64,000 nucleotides of DNA from Takakia lepidozioides (lineage: Eukaryota > Plantae > Bryophyta), in contig CM060732.1 of NCBI GenBank assembly GCA_030704615.1, forward strand, positions 38,378,001 to 38,442,000, given 5' to 3'. Shown here piece by piece: positions 51,614 to 63,700 of this stretch; the stretch's first letter is position 1; each line of letters starts with the position of its first letter. Below the pieces are notes generated by a model that was given only the letters and a program-made list of their open reading frames with translations, did not search any database and was not told where the DNA came from. The position numbers were made by a program, and so were the translations under genes.

Positions 51614-52060
51614 ATGGCCAACTATTCTCGTCTCAAGCTTCAAGCTGAGCAGATGAAAGAGCAGGTGGGTTTGCATTATAATTGGGCCAAATTCAGCCAG
51701 TTCCAACCACTTGGTGATAATCTGTACCAATGGCATTTCCCTCCATCAGGTAAGAAGTCTGGACCTCCCTTGCCTGTAGCAAAGAATACCATGTTGCTAC
51801 GTTCTCCAGTTGACTTCATTATCCTAGCCTTTTCTCAGTGCATAGTGCCTACAGGCTTAGCTTTTGCTTGCCCTATAGGTAATTTCCTTGAGGTTGAAGG
51901 CTGGAAAAAACTTACCCTCCAAAAGCACTGTCTGATTGCTTCTGGGGTTTTAGACAGGGGCTTTAAGGGAGAGGTCAGATTACTGGTTGCTAATCCAGAA
52001 CGTATCAACATCAGTGTCCGCAAAGGGTCAGGTCCTTGCTAGGCTCACTGCTTCCCCTTT
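51614..52060 (+). pseudogene. dUTPase-like domain within pol, between PR and RT
   Basis: IVPTGLAFACPIG...IASGVLDRGFKGEVRLLVAN...ISVRKG(Q)VLARL matches the trimeric dUTPase pattern vptGl..p.g, GviD.dyrGei.v.l.N, kG.riAQl. Motif II (RS) appears lost. Confidence 0.7.
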
Positions 52061-52226
52061 GTCTGAGTTGGCCTCTGTTCAGAAAGGCCTCAGTCTTCAT
52101 GATATTAGGCTGGTGGACTCCCTCGTTGACCAACTCCAGGCGTTTGCCTCTCATTCCGGCTCCACTGGCAATGACACGCTTATAACTCCCGAACATGAGT
52201 AACATTTCCAGCAGGTCTTAAAGGAT

Positions 52227-53530
52227 ATGAAAGTGGATGATCGCTTTACTCCCCAGCAAATTAGTTGCCTGCACCTGTTTCTCCATGACAATCTCGACAT
52301 CTTTAGTAAAGGGCCCCATGACTTAGGCCGCACCACCCTTCTGGATCATGACATCATCATGGATGGTAAGCCTATCAAACAACATGCTTATAGGGAGAGT
52401 GTTCGTGAGCGCAAAGTCATTCATGAAGAAATTACCAAGATGCTTGATGCTGGTGTGATCACCCCCTCCATATCCCCTTGGGCCAGTCCCATTGTCTTAG
52501 TGGGTAAGAAGGATGGCTCAACCCGTTTTTGCGTAGACTTTTGGCGTTTGAATGCCATCACAAAGAAAGATGTCTACCCTTTGCCACGCATTAACGAAAC
52601 GCTAGATCAACTCAATGGGGCCACTATCTTCTCTTCATTGGATTTAGCCTCTGGCTTTAGGCAAGTTCCTTTAACTGCTGCTGCTAAGGAGAAAACTGCC
52701 TTCACCTGACCTCTTCCAATTTGAAACAATGTCTTTTGGCCTTTGCAACGCCACTGCTACATTTCAGCGCCTTATGGACATTGTTTAAGGAAACCTTTGT
52801 TGGGAATGTGCTTTAGTTTACATTGATGACATCAACATTTATTCTACAACGTTTGATGCTCATCTTCTGGATTTACAGTTGGTTGTGTGCAGACTTCGTG
52901 CAGCCGGGCTTAAAGTTAACGCCAAGAAGTGTGATTTTTGTATGGAATAGCTCCATTTCTTGGGCCATTTGCTTTCTGCTGCTGACATTCGTCCTGACCC
53001 AACTAAAATCCAAGCTGTGTGGAACTATCCAACTCCTAGAGATAAAACATGTGTTAAGGCCTTCTTGGGCTTGGGTTCTTACTATCGTCGCTTCTGAAAC
53101 ATCCGCCTTTGAGAAGCTCAAAATTACACTAACCTCTGCTCATGTGCTTGCTTATCCTGATTTTACCTTGCCATTTATCTTGCAAACTGATGTCAGTGAT
53201 TTAGCTATCTCTGCAGTGTTGAGCCAGATTCAGGATGGTCAGGAGCATGCCATTGCCTACGCCTCCTGCCGCCTTAATAAACATGAGTGTAATTACTCTA
53301 TCACTGACAAGGAAGGCCTTGCAATTATCTTTGGAGTCAAATATTTTAGGCAGTATTTACATGGTTGTCATTTTACCATTGAAACTGATCATTTGCCTTT
53401 GAAAGCCTTGCTAACTCCTCGTGAACTCACTGGCATATTAGCTCGGTGGGCTCTAATACTGCAAGGCTATGACTTCACCATATCTTACAAGCGTGGGAAG
53501 GATAATGTTAATGCAGATGCTTTGACTCGA
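52227..53530 (+). pseudogene. Gypsy reverse transcriptase and RNase H
   Basis: SPWASPIVLVGKKDGSTRFCVDFWRLN...YPLPRI; YIDDI at ~52819; FILQTDVSD...EGLAII...TDH...NVNADALTR. Confidence 0.93.
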
Positions 53531-53915
53531 GGTGAACCCAAAATCCCTGAATCCTACACTACCTTAAATGATCTAGTCCCTAATGCTGCATGCTCTACAC
53601 CACATGTTGTGCCTGTTTCAGATCCCTTTGCCTTGTGTCATTTGCTGGACTATCCTTATCTTCCTCCAGATCTGCTTGACACTTTGGATCTACTTCAGTT
53701 TAATGTTGGTTGAATTTCCTTTGGTATTGGCATGAATTCTAGTTTGACATCCTACAGTGGGGTCTGGTACTTTCCCTTACCTTAGGACTGCTTATCTTGT
53801 CTTGCATCTGCCTTGGTTTGTTTTCAAACCGCGGGACTGAGCTGCGCCCTACAGTCTGCTTGCCTCCTCATAGGCAGCCAACTGAAAATGAAGTCAGGGT
53901 CACGAAAGGAAGAGA

Positions 53916-54953
53916 ATGGGGGCTGCCACTTTCTTCTCGCCTGCACTAACCTGTTGTTGTGTGGCCATGAGTGATGTAGGCATGGATGATCCATTATACG
54001 ATGCTCTTCTCCATAGGTGCAAAACCGGCACCCACCTTAGTGGCATATCCAAGCTGCTCATGAGGCAAGTCAACTATCACTTACCCAGCCACCGGGAAAG
54101 TGAAGGGAGATCGTTCAGAGTCACTGCTTTGGAAGGTACCTCTGCTGTGGAAGTCCCTTCTAGGTCCGTTGTCCCTACTTTACTCGATTTGTACCATGCT
54201 TCTACTTATGCAGGCCATTTGGGGATTGCTAAAACTGTCAAAAGATTGCAGGAGCAGTATCACTGGAAAGGCTTAGTTAAAGATGTCTCAGCTTTCATTG
54301 CAAGATGTGTGCCCTGTCATGCTAAGACCATCCTACCTAGGACCGAAGCTCCCTTACTTTTGCAGCCAATCCCGGTGACTAAACCATTTGCCAGGGTTGG
54401 CTTAGATCTAGTTGGACCCCTTAAATCCATGTCCAAGGGCCATACGTATCTTGCGGTTGCTACGGACTACCTGACGAAATGGGTTGAGCTCCGACCTCTG
54501 GTTGCTAAGGATAGTGATGAGGTGGTGCAGTTCTTTTTGATAAGGTGATACTTTGTCATGGTTGCCCTCTTGAAATCCTCACAGATCAAGGTACTGAGTT
54601 CTGCAACCAACTTATGGATTGTCTTGTTTAATCTCAACACTAAGCATGCCGTTACTGCTCCCTACAATCCCTAATGCAATGGTTTGACAGAACGATTTAA
54701 CAAAACTATATGCCAGATGCTCGAGAAGAATGGAACACTAATTGATGAATGGGATATTGCCGTGTCTATTCTGCTCTTTGCCTATAGGACTTCTATCCAT
54801 GCCAGTACCAAAATCTCACCTTTTGAACTTTTGTATGGTAGGAAATGTAGAACTCCTTTGCATATCTCCTGGCTGCAGGTATCCGCAACTGAGCCTGAGA
54901 ATTGGGAAGTCTTTTTGCTTTCCATGGATGCTAGACGACGTAGTTTGCATTAA
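53916..54953 (+). pseudogene. Gypsy integrase
   Basis: HHCC finger (YHAS...GHLG...CVPCH); core DLVGPL...TDQGTEF...ERFNKT...YRTSIHASTKISPFELLYGR. Confidence 0.92.
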
Positions 54954-55560
54954 ACAACTAAATCTAACATTGTGTTTGCCCAAGCTGCTCAGGCCAAGAA
55001 TTACAACAGATGTGTTGTGTATTCTGAGTCATTCAAGGTAGGCCAGTCTGTTTGTGTCAGGCTCCAGCCCGGTAAGCAGATATCTAAGGCCAAACGTAGG
55101 ATTGATGGCGCTTACGTTATCTCTGATATTCTTCCTGGCAGGCAGTATGTCTTGCTCCCCCAACATGCTTCTACTCCTTACTTGGCTAGCTCCATTCATG
55201 TTTCGTTGCTTGTTCCATGCACTCTTACTTTTGATCTAACCTGTTTGAATGTTGAGAACTGTCAGGTGATCTTCACCCCCACAGCTCGGACAGCTCGTGA
55301 TCAGACCATGGCATCTTCTTCTTTAGAGTAGTTTTTGCATTTCGTGACAGTTTTCTGTACCAATTGTAGCACTTGGGGTTTTTCTTATGGGATGTTTTGT
55401 CCTCCACCTAGCTTGCGGGGTGAGGTTTTCTTCCCTAGGTTTTTTCATCTCTTGTGTGCCGGGTGTGTAGTTTGTTTTGGCTAGGCTTCGTTTTTGTTCA
55501 TCCTGAGCTCATCACTTGCAGGAGCTCACAGTTTCTAGTGGCCCCAGCAGACTTCACATA

Positions 55561-56102
55561 TGTGGAGCTGGGATTCCTTCTCACCTTCCTTTTCGACTTG
55601 GATGAATGGAGGAGGGATGCGCCCCGGATGATTTAGGGATGGACGGAGCCGGGATGAAGTCTAGATAAACTTACATTTTGCGCATAAAGATGAGCTGGCA
55701 ACAACTGATGACTTTATTAGGTGTTGTCTTATTCTAACAGCTAGTTTAGGATTAGATTAGGATGGATCTGCGTGATTTGGCTTCTTTCTATGGCTATGCT
55801 GGAAGGGCATATGGCTGGCCTATATGTAAGTGCCACGCAATACTAAGATTAGATTACGACCTAATACTATTTAAGCTCGACTGCTGTGGCAGTGGAGGTG
55901 GTGGCTTTTGGGTCTTACGCGAGTGTACGCTTGGTGTAACGGTGTGCTTGAGTGTGAGGATGAATGCATTTTGGAAGTCCGATTCTGTTGCGTCCTCTTC
56001 GTGAGATTCCGTCTTCTCTGCCAGGCCCATCTATCGACTACATTCCGCAGATAGGATTAAGTCCTGTAGAGGAAGGGGAACAAACCCACAGCGCCGGAAT
56101 CA
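55561..56102 (+). repeat. 3' LTR
   Basis: TGTGGAG...AATCA, aligns to 16235-16775. No polypurine tract directly upstream. Confidence 0.88.
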
Positions 56103-57953
56103 GACTTCACATCCACAAGGGCCTGAATTGTGGGATGTCACTCCCTTATTTCATTGTAAAATAATAATAACAATAATAATAATACTTTTCTCCAATTTTG
56201 TCTGTTGTATAGATTTTAATGTTTTCCCCCTTCTTTTAAATTTAAAAAAATAAAATAAACAGTGAGTGGCAGGCTGCACTCTCGGTTTACAGAGAATCTC
56301 TCCCACTCTTGTTTGGAAGTCTCAAATAGTTGCCCAGAATGCAGAATATGCTCCGCGGGATGCGGTGGGGATGCGGTATGAGCACATGCAATGGGCTGGG
56401 GTGATGCCTGACAAGGCCACTCAACTTGAAAGAAAGAAAAAAGTAGGCAATACTGCTCGGTTTGGAGGAACAAGTTGTGAGACCCAGGAAACATGAAGAG
56501 GGGGCTTGTAGTAAAGAAAAACTTTACTCCTCCCATAGGAAGTGTAATTTATGGTGTTGCGGCCATAACCAGAGCAGGCCCTAACGTACCATCAAAGGAA
56601 CAAGGAACATGCACCATGAGCACCATGATCCCAGATCTCTATTAGCTAAGACGACACCCCTGAGTGACGGAATTACTTTCCAAAAAGTACCAGACACCTC
56701 CCAAAAAACAGAGAAAAAAACGGAACAGAGTCACCAGTCGCAAACAACCAGGAATGCCAACTGTACTTGATGAAGGACCACAAGAAGAATGACAAAGAGA
56801 ATTGAAACATCCTTCAATGCTATCGTGTCACGAAGCACTATGACATGAAAAGTACGCTTCTCCTGCCTGCATCAAATCCCAACGAAGTCAACAATGAGGT
56901 GAGTACTCCAAGGAGACACAGGACCTGCTTAGAGGAAAAGTCTCATATGTAGCCAATGGTGAAAAGGAGTGAAGCAAAAGAAACTGGTTCATCCCGTGCA
57001 TGTTTGCAACACAGTGATGCCACATACTAGGTACCCATGATGAACAAAATAGCAGCCATACATAAACTCAAGGCCTCCACAGATAATTTAAAGGTGACTC
57101 TACATCCGTCGCAAAATGCGATCTTGAGCTCACAAGAGAGACACTCCAACGCCAAGAGATCACTACCTCCACAGGCCAGTTCCAATATGCCCTTTCTTGC
57201 CACAACTATAAAGACTACACCAGCTGATAGAAGAAACAGGCAAACCAACTGGTCAAACTCTTGTTACCAAAACCCTCATCCTTATGTCCCTACCTAGAGA
57301 ATGCAATGCAAACACCCAACACCATCTCTGGTCCAACCTCTGCATGGCCTCAGCGCCGGGCCTTGCTTTCACCGCCAATACAAGATCTAGCTATCACGCT
57401 ACTATCCAGCGATAAAAAGGAACCAGTGCAAAATGACAATGGCAACACAAATTCCCACCCCAAACCCCACACTCCCACTGCCCCATACAACAGGCCCCGC
57501 CCTCACTGTCACTGCCGATCAGTGCTCAGGCACATGCTGCAAACGAGAAGCATGGCAAAAAGCACCCTCACCTAACAGAAGTGTTTGCTGAGCTTCTCAG
57601 TCACTGGACTCTGCACAGCTGAAAGAGTGGCCATTCTGCACACACAAAATGTGAAAGCCAACACAACTTCAACTCCAGGACTATATGCCAGGGGTTTGCC
57701 AACACTTTCATGAGTCTCAGCTGTAGACCAATTCTAGACCTTGCGATTCCAAGGGCCCCTAAGTTCTAAGGTTTCCCATGACTTCAGCTATATTCACATT
57801 TGAAATTGTGATCATCACCATTGGATTTAACTACTTGATGTTGCGCACTCACTTCATTCCACTCCAACCTTTTCCTGCAAGACTAGTTAGGAGTCATTAA
57901 TTTGTCACCCTCACCTTAAAGCAAGGCCCTATCTGTCATGCATGTTCCTTGCT

Positions 57954-60227
57954 TCACCAGTAATCCCCACAAGAACAGACTCCATCTTGGACATGGTGAA
58001 AGCGGGTCGCATCTCTCACGACAACTGCTCGCCCAGCAATCTTCGAGATGAATTTGGTGAAGGTGTGGCAGTCACCACACACCCGAAGATTCTTCACAAT
58101 ACGGATAGATGTCCCAGGGGGGGTGCTGATGAGCCCAAAAGCAATGGCCAGCTTCTCACTATGGTGGCCAAGAGAATGTTCCTTTTGCTCCTCCTCCACA
58201 TCATGCAATACAAAGCACGTGTCAGGCACATATCCTGCTTCCTTCATCTGCCCAGCCACTCGCTTCAACTGAGAATGGATCTCCTTGATTTGTGGATGCA
58301 ATTTATCTTCTACAAGAAAAGAATGCAACTCATTGTTGACCTCAATGCAGCTGCACCCTGGCTCCTTTCGAACACCTCTCCCCTTCATCATTTTCCTCAC
58401 CTTTGATTTGTCATCCCACCTGCCAGCCGCAGCATAGATGTTCGACAGCAGCACATAACTGGAAGGGTCCTGTGGATTCTTTCTATTAAGGCATTTTGCC
58501 GCATGCTCTGCTAGCTCCACGTCACTGTGCATTCTGCAAGCACCAAGCAAGGCACCCCACACTCCAGCATCAGGTTCAATTGGCATTTTGTTGATGAGGT
58601 TCTCTGCCTCATCCAATCGCCCTGCACGGCCAAGAAGGTCTACCATGCAGCCAAAGTGCTCCACTGTAGGAGTGAGGCCATGATCTTTAGTCATGGAATC
58701 ACAGTAGTGATAGCCTTCATCCACTAGGCCCACATGGCTGCATGCAGCGAGGACAGATATAAACGTGATACCATTTGGTTTCAAGCCTTGCTGTTGCATT
58801 TGTTCAAATAGTTTCAGGGCCTCCCTACCACATCCATGCTGGGCACATCCTGCAATCATGGCGTTCCAAGAGACCACATCTCGATTAGCCATACTGTCAA
58901 ACACTTGACGTGCATCCTTCATGCTGCCACACTTGGCGTACATGTCCACAAGGGTATTATCCAAATTAATATATGACATAATTCCAACTTTGATGATGTC
59001 GGCATGGACCTCTTTCCCCTTTTCCAGAGCTCCTAGGCTGGCACACGCATTGAGGGTGCCAATGAATGTGACCCTGTTGGGCTTTACCCCTTCCCATTGC
59101 ATTTGTTCATAGATCTTGACAGCCTCCCTACCATACCCATGGTGAGCATATCCTGCAATCATCGCACTCCATGAGACAACGTCTCGCATGTCCATATTAT
59201 CAAACACTTGACGTGCATCCTTCATGCTCCCACACTTAGCATACATGTCAACAAGGGAATTCACCAAGTTGATATGTGATGCAATTCCAGCTTTGGTGAT
59301 GGTAGCATGGACCTCCTTGCCCTTTTCCAGGGCTTCTAGCGTGGCACATGCATTGAGAATGCAAATAAATGTGACCATATTGGGCGCCACTCCTTCCCCT
59401 TGCATTTGCTCATACATCTCAAAAGCCTCTGCACCACATCCAAGCTGAGAATAGCCTGCTATCATGATGTTCCATGAGACAACATCCGGTTTACCCATCG
59501 CATTGAACAGTTTATGTGCATCCTTCATGCTCCCGCATTTTGCATACATAGTGATGAGGGTATTCTCCAAATTAATGTATGGTGGAATCCCAGCTTTAAT
59601 GATGTCAGCATGGACCTCTCTGCCTTTTTCCAAGGCTTCTAGGCTGGCACATGCATTGAGGATGCAAATGAATGTGACCCTGTCAGGAGTTACCCCTTCT
59701 TGTCGCATTTGCTCATAGATCTTCAGAACTTCCCTACCACTCCCATGCCTAGTGTACCCTGCCATCATAATGGCCCATGTAAACAAATTTCGTTCAGGCA
59801 TTTTGTCAAATACTTGGCGTGCATCAACTACACTCCCACACTTGGCATACATGTTGACAAGAGTGTTTAGTAGAAAAATGTCTGGCTTGAATCCACTTTG
59901 GATCATGTGGGTGTGCACCTTCTTTCCCTCTGCTAGGTCTTTCATCTTGATACACTCCTGAAAGAGACAGGCATACGAGTTGGAGTCTGCCCGAGTGCCT
60001 TGGTGGTTCAAAATGTGCAGCGCCTCGTTCAATGGTCCTGCTTTACATAGTATCCTCACATCCTCATATCCATCAGAAGAGTTATTGTTGACACCATCCC
60101 CCCATCCTGCTGTGGAGGTACTACTCCCAGAAGTCCAATGTTTGACAGAAACCTGTGCCTGATTCAGCCCTGCCATCCTGCAGAGTTCAAAACTCTTAGT
60201 TGCAAACTTTTCACTGAAAGCTGGCAT
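57954..60227 (-). CDS. PLS-class PPR protein with E/E+ and DYW deaminase domain (organellar C-to-U RNA editing factor)
   Basis: Intact 757-aa ORF with P-L-S repeats, PG box (EPGCSCIEV), HSEKLA, CGDCH and terminal CSCGDYW. Confidence 0.96.
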   Translation of the reverse strand: MPAFSEKFATKSFELCRMAGLNQAQVSVKHWTSGSSTSTAGWGDGVNNNSSDGYEDVRILCKAGPLNEALHILNHQGTRADSNSYACLFQECIKMKDLAEGKKVHTHMIQSGFKPDIFLLNTLVNMYAKCGSVVDARQVFDKMPERNLFTWAIMMAGYTRHGSGREVLKIYEQMRQEGVTPDRVTFICILNACASLEALEKGREVHADIIKAGIPPYINLENTLITMYAKCGSMKDAHKLFNAMGKPDVVSWNIMIAGYSQLGCGAEAFEMYEQMQGEGVAPNMVTFICILNACATLEALEKGKEVHATITKAGIASHINLVNSLVDMYAKCGSMKDARQVFDNMDMRDVVSWSAMIAGYAHHGYGREAVKIYEQMQWEGVKPNRVTFIGTLNACASLGALEKGKEVHADIIKVGIMSYINLDNTLVDMYAKCGSMKDARQVFDSMANRDVVSWNAMIAGCAQHGCGREALKLFEQMQQQGLKPNGITFISVLAACSHVGLVDEGYHYCDSMTKDHGLTPTVEHFGCMVDLLGRAGRLDEAENLINKMPIEPDAGVWGALLGACRMHSDVELAEHAAKCLNRKNPQDPSSYVLLSNIYAAAGRWDDKSKVRKMMKGRGVRKEPGCSCIEVNNELHSFLVEDKLHPQIKEIHSQLKRVAGQMKEAGYVPDTCFVLHDVEEEQKEHSLGHHSEKLAIAFGLISTPPGTSIRIVKNLRVCGDCHTFTKFISKIAGRAVVVRDATRFHHVQDGVCSCGDYW

Positions 60228-60459
60228 TGATACATTTCAAAGCAAAGCTTCAGGGTACAATCATCCCTTCAAGCCCACAGGCTTCTTATAACTAGAGTTA
60301 ACCAATTTAGTGCTGTCATCTACTTGGAGGAAGAAACTGTTACAATTCCATCTCTTTCGCTTAAACCCTTCAATCCTCATAAAAACAATACCTGCAGTAT
60401 TCTCTGCATGGTGCTCCATTGTGTACTTTGACATTACAACCATCACCAGATTGTGCTCG

Positions 60460-60789
60460 CCCTTGCATCATGGCAGCAAGATCTGTTTTCACCCAAGGAG
60501 GGTTTGCCCAACTTTCCATCCAAATAACCTCCTTTGTGCACATATGTTAGAAGTATGGTGATCTTGGGCTTCTCTGTGGAATCAAACAATGAGCAGCTGA
60601 GCTTCAGCTGTGGTTCAAATGTAACGTGCTATGACCACCAAAACTCCAGCAAACAGACAAAGCAACCTTATATATCCAGAACGAGGATAGCTTCACCTTG
60701 TCAAACCTCTTGTCCCACCACTGTGAAGGATCTGAGAAGAACTCCTGCCGCCGCTGCTCTATGGTCTGGGCTTGACCTGCGTGCAAGAC
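60460..60789 (-). pseudogene. Two upstream exons encoding an OSB-type PDF motif, 5' of the PPR-DYW ORF; premature stop
   Basis: ~60789-60697 QEFFSDPSQWWDKRFDK|GT; 60573-~60460 AG|RSPRSPYF*HMCTKEVIWMESWANPPWVKTDL (TAA at 60549-47). Confidence 0.7.
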
Positions 60790-63267
60790 CTCCAAGAGCA
60801 TGAGAACTTCACCAACTTCCAAATTGCTACACCAAATTTGATAGCATTTCTGCAAATTCCAATGTGCTGTCTCTCGACCTCATTCACACAGGAAAGATAC
60901 AGGGCATACAACATATCACAGATTTTGCACCACATACCACAGAAGCTCGTAGCGACAAAGCTCCCAATACAAGCCAGGCAGTGGATAATAAGTCTGTTAT
61001 CCATCCACCATCCCATTGTGCTCCACATTGTGTCACGGGAGCTGGAGCTTCACAAGCCTGAAGTCTGCTAATATTGAAGGCTTTCTGAGAAAACCAGAAG
61101 AGGGCAGCCGAGCGGCCCCACATTTCCAACCACGTCATCTGCAACCACCACAATGCCACAATCATCGCTTCAAACAACAGGCAACGACTTCGTACAAACT
61201 TCAGTGCAACTGTGAATTTAGTGCAGGGGAAAACTACACAGCTGTAATTTTCCTACGTGTGCCCAAGGTCTCCTATAGTTATATTGTTCAGCAAGAGGTC
61301 ACCTTCACCAAGAAGGCGTGCATTCAGTACGTGGAAGGACGACGTACCCGATATCAGACTCTTTACTGAGCCTTGCCTGAAGAGAAACTCGGGTTGAAGG
61401 AAATGCGCCTCTCTCGAGAAGGGTGGATTCACGCTCAGTCAGTCTATGAGTACAGGCGTAAGAATCGTATGCCTTTCTTTCAGCTTTCACTGAAAAACTT
61501 GAAGCGCTTAAGAGACAATGCTGTTTTGCACCACCAATATGCCGTGGGCATTTGAAAAGACAAGGTTCAAACGTGTTTTCGAGTTAGAAGAAAGACTCTA
61601 CAATTGCACGTCTCTTCTGATTTCCTCGAGGCTCGGTACGCGTCACGGCCATCATCGAAAAGGTGGTGAACCTGCATCGCGAAGTTGCATACACACATCA
61701 GTCCATGGCCTATCCCGTCAATCTTGTGCAGGATGTGAAGCATTCCGCTCCTTCACCGCATGCAGAAGTCCTGCGCACTGAAGAGAGCACACGTTTGATT
61801 TCCACTTCAAGTGTGTCACTAAACCGTGCTCTGCGCGCGCAGGGAGAGGCCATAGCCAAAGCCCTGCCTTCTTCTTGTTATGAGAAGGCGGCAGTCCTGA
61901 CATCAGGCAGCAGAGGATGGGGCACGCTGTGCAGGGGATATCAGCGTCCAGTTTCAGGATTTCGAGCTTGAGAACCTTGCGAGTGATGGCTATGACGCGC
62001 CCCCATCCTCCTGCGACAACGAGTACAGGTATATAGACATGTACTCTTTGCGTTGTGTTTTTGGGCCTTTGAAAGGTGTGTATGGGAGATGCAGGCTTCT
62101 TTTAGTACTTCCTCCCACTTCTTCCGTTCCTGGCCCACAGCTGGCCCGTTAATCTGCTCTTTGGCTATCAGTGATGGCTATGACATTCTCCCGGCCTCCA
62201 GGGAAACCGAAAGACTTGGAACTTTTTCCTATTCTGTGGGATCCTCAGTTGTGTGCGTCGTAGTGATGCAGGCTTCATTTTGTTTATTTAGTCATCCGAG
62301 TAGAAACCACACCCACTTCAGTGGAACAAGTTTACAGGAACGTGACTGTAACGGACAACCTGGTCCTCCTTAGATCGGCTCCTTGCGTGATTAGATAAAA
62401 CTGATGATGAAAGTCTCTATGTCAGGCACATGCTCCTCTCAGCATTCAAACTGGCACGGATGTGATATATGTGGATGTGATGACCCTGCCAGAGATAGAG
62501 ATTGATTGATACAGTAATATACATTAGGGCAATTAGGATCCGCTGAAGATCTGTATTTAGTTGTGTTGGCATGCAGGCAGAGCATAGACTGGCTTCGGCT
62601 CGAGTGCATGTCAGAGTCTTTGCATTGTTGAGATAGAAGGTCTGAGAGGCTATCTCGTTTTTCAGTTTCTCAAATGGAAAGGACATTTTTCCTTCCCTGA
62701 TTGAAGCTTCTAATATGTTTTTGTAGACTGAGCATGATGAGTTGCTCTGAATTATGACAGTTGGATCTTGTCTGTCCCACCTGCCATGAGTGGTGCTTGC
62801 TGTAGGATCAGTTATCTGCTAACCAAAACAGTATTGAAGTTTGTATGGGCAGCATGTTGAAGATCACCACACTCAAAGACATTAGCGATTTGGATTGATT
62901 GTTGGTCAATCAAGCAGAGATAGCTACCATTAGACAGTGGGATGGTGGATGGATATTAGAGGAATGCTCTAGTTCTGGCCAAGACTAATCGTCCATTGAA
63001 GTTTCAAGACAGGTGGGGCCATGCTGGTGGGATGGCAGATTATTGTCGAAGGACAGAGTTGGGTGAAACAATAGCTGAGGAGGGATGTGAGTGTTGTTCA
63101 CAATCAACCTGGCTTGAAGAGTGGCCTCCCCCAGGACAAGCTTGTTCCGTATGTTCTCAAACTTTGTTGTGCATGACGCAGAGCAAGATGACAGACTTGC
63201 AGAAATGTTACAAATAGCACTCACCATTAAAGGCTGCAGCATTTACAAATTTCTCATGCTCTTGCAG

Positions 63268-63700
63268 CTCTTGCTCACAGATCAAGCAATGAGCATAGAA
63301 CCGCCCTGGCAGGAGTTCATCTCAGATCCTTCACGCTGGCGGGACTACAGGTCTGACAAGGTAATGGTATCTTCATTTGGGACACAAGAGCAACTGAAGC
63401 TCACATGCTGATATTTTGCGGACTGGATGTAATCCAATGTACTGGCTAAGAATGTAAAAAAACAACAATAGTGGATCTTCCCATTGTTGTGAGCAGGTTG
63501 TTCTTCCTTGTGAGCAGGTCATGAAATTTGGCTGGTCAAGGTTGGCCCTTGTTATTTGATCACAGAGAAGTCCAAGAGCACCAGACTCCAGACATAGCTG
63601 CAAGAAGGAGGTCCACTGGATGGACAGTTGGTCAAACCCTGGGGAACATTTGCCTACACAAGGATGCCCTTTGGCTTGTGCAACGCACCCCTGACATTTC
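63268..63700 (+). CDS. PDF-motif exons of a divergently oriented paralogue (may be degenerate; likely continues past the window)
   Basis: 63268-63360 WQEFISDPSRWRDYRSDK|GT; 63566 AG|RSPRAPDSRHSCKKEVHWMDSWSNP. Same intron position as the copy at 60.7 kb. Confidence 0.6.

Larger units (their letters stand above)
16211..56102 (+). mobile_element. Degenerate Ty3/Gypsy LTR retrotransposon (~6.6 kb native) interrupted in gag by a ~33 kb nested insertion
   Basis: Direct repeats 16235-16775 and 55561-56102 (TG...CA, about 6% divergent by manual count), PBS after the left LTR, domain order gag-PR-(dUTPase)-RT-RH-IN, many stops and frameshifts. Confidence 0.9.

Noticed and set aside
57954-58400. DYW domain as a U-to-C (KP-type) editing variant
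   Set aside because: It has a canonical PG box, HSEKLA, CGDCH and a DYW terminus, consistent with ordinary C-to-U editors.
61305-61971. ORFs between the divergent PDF genes
   Set aside because: Short with no recognisable motif; could be 5' exons or transit-peptide sequence but cannot be supported.
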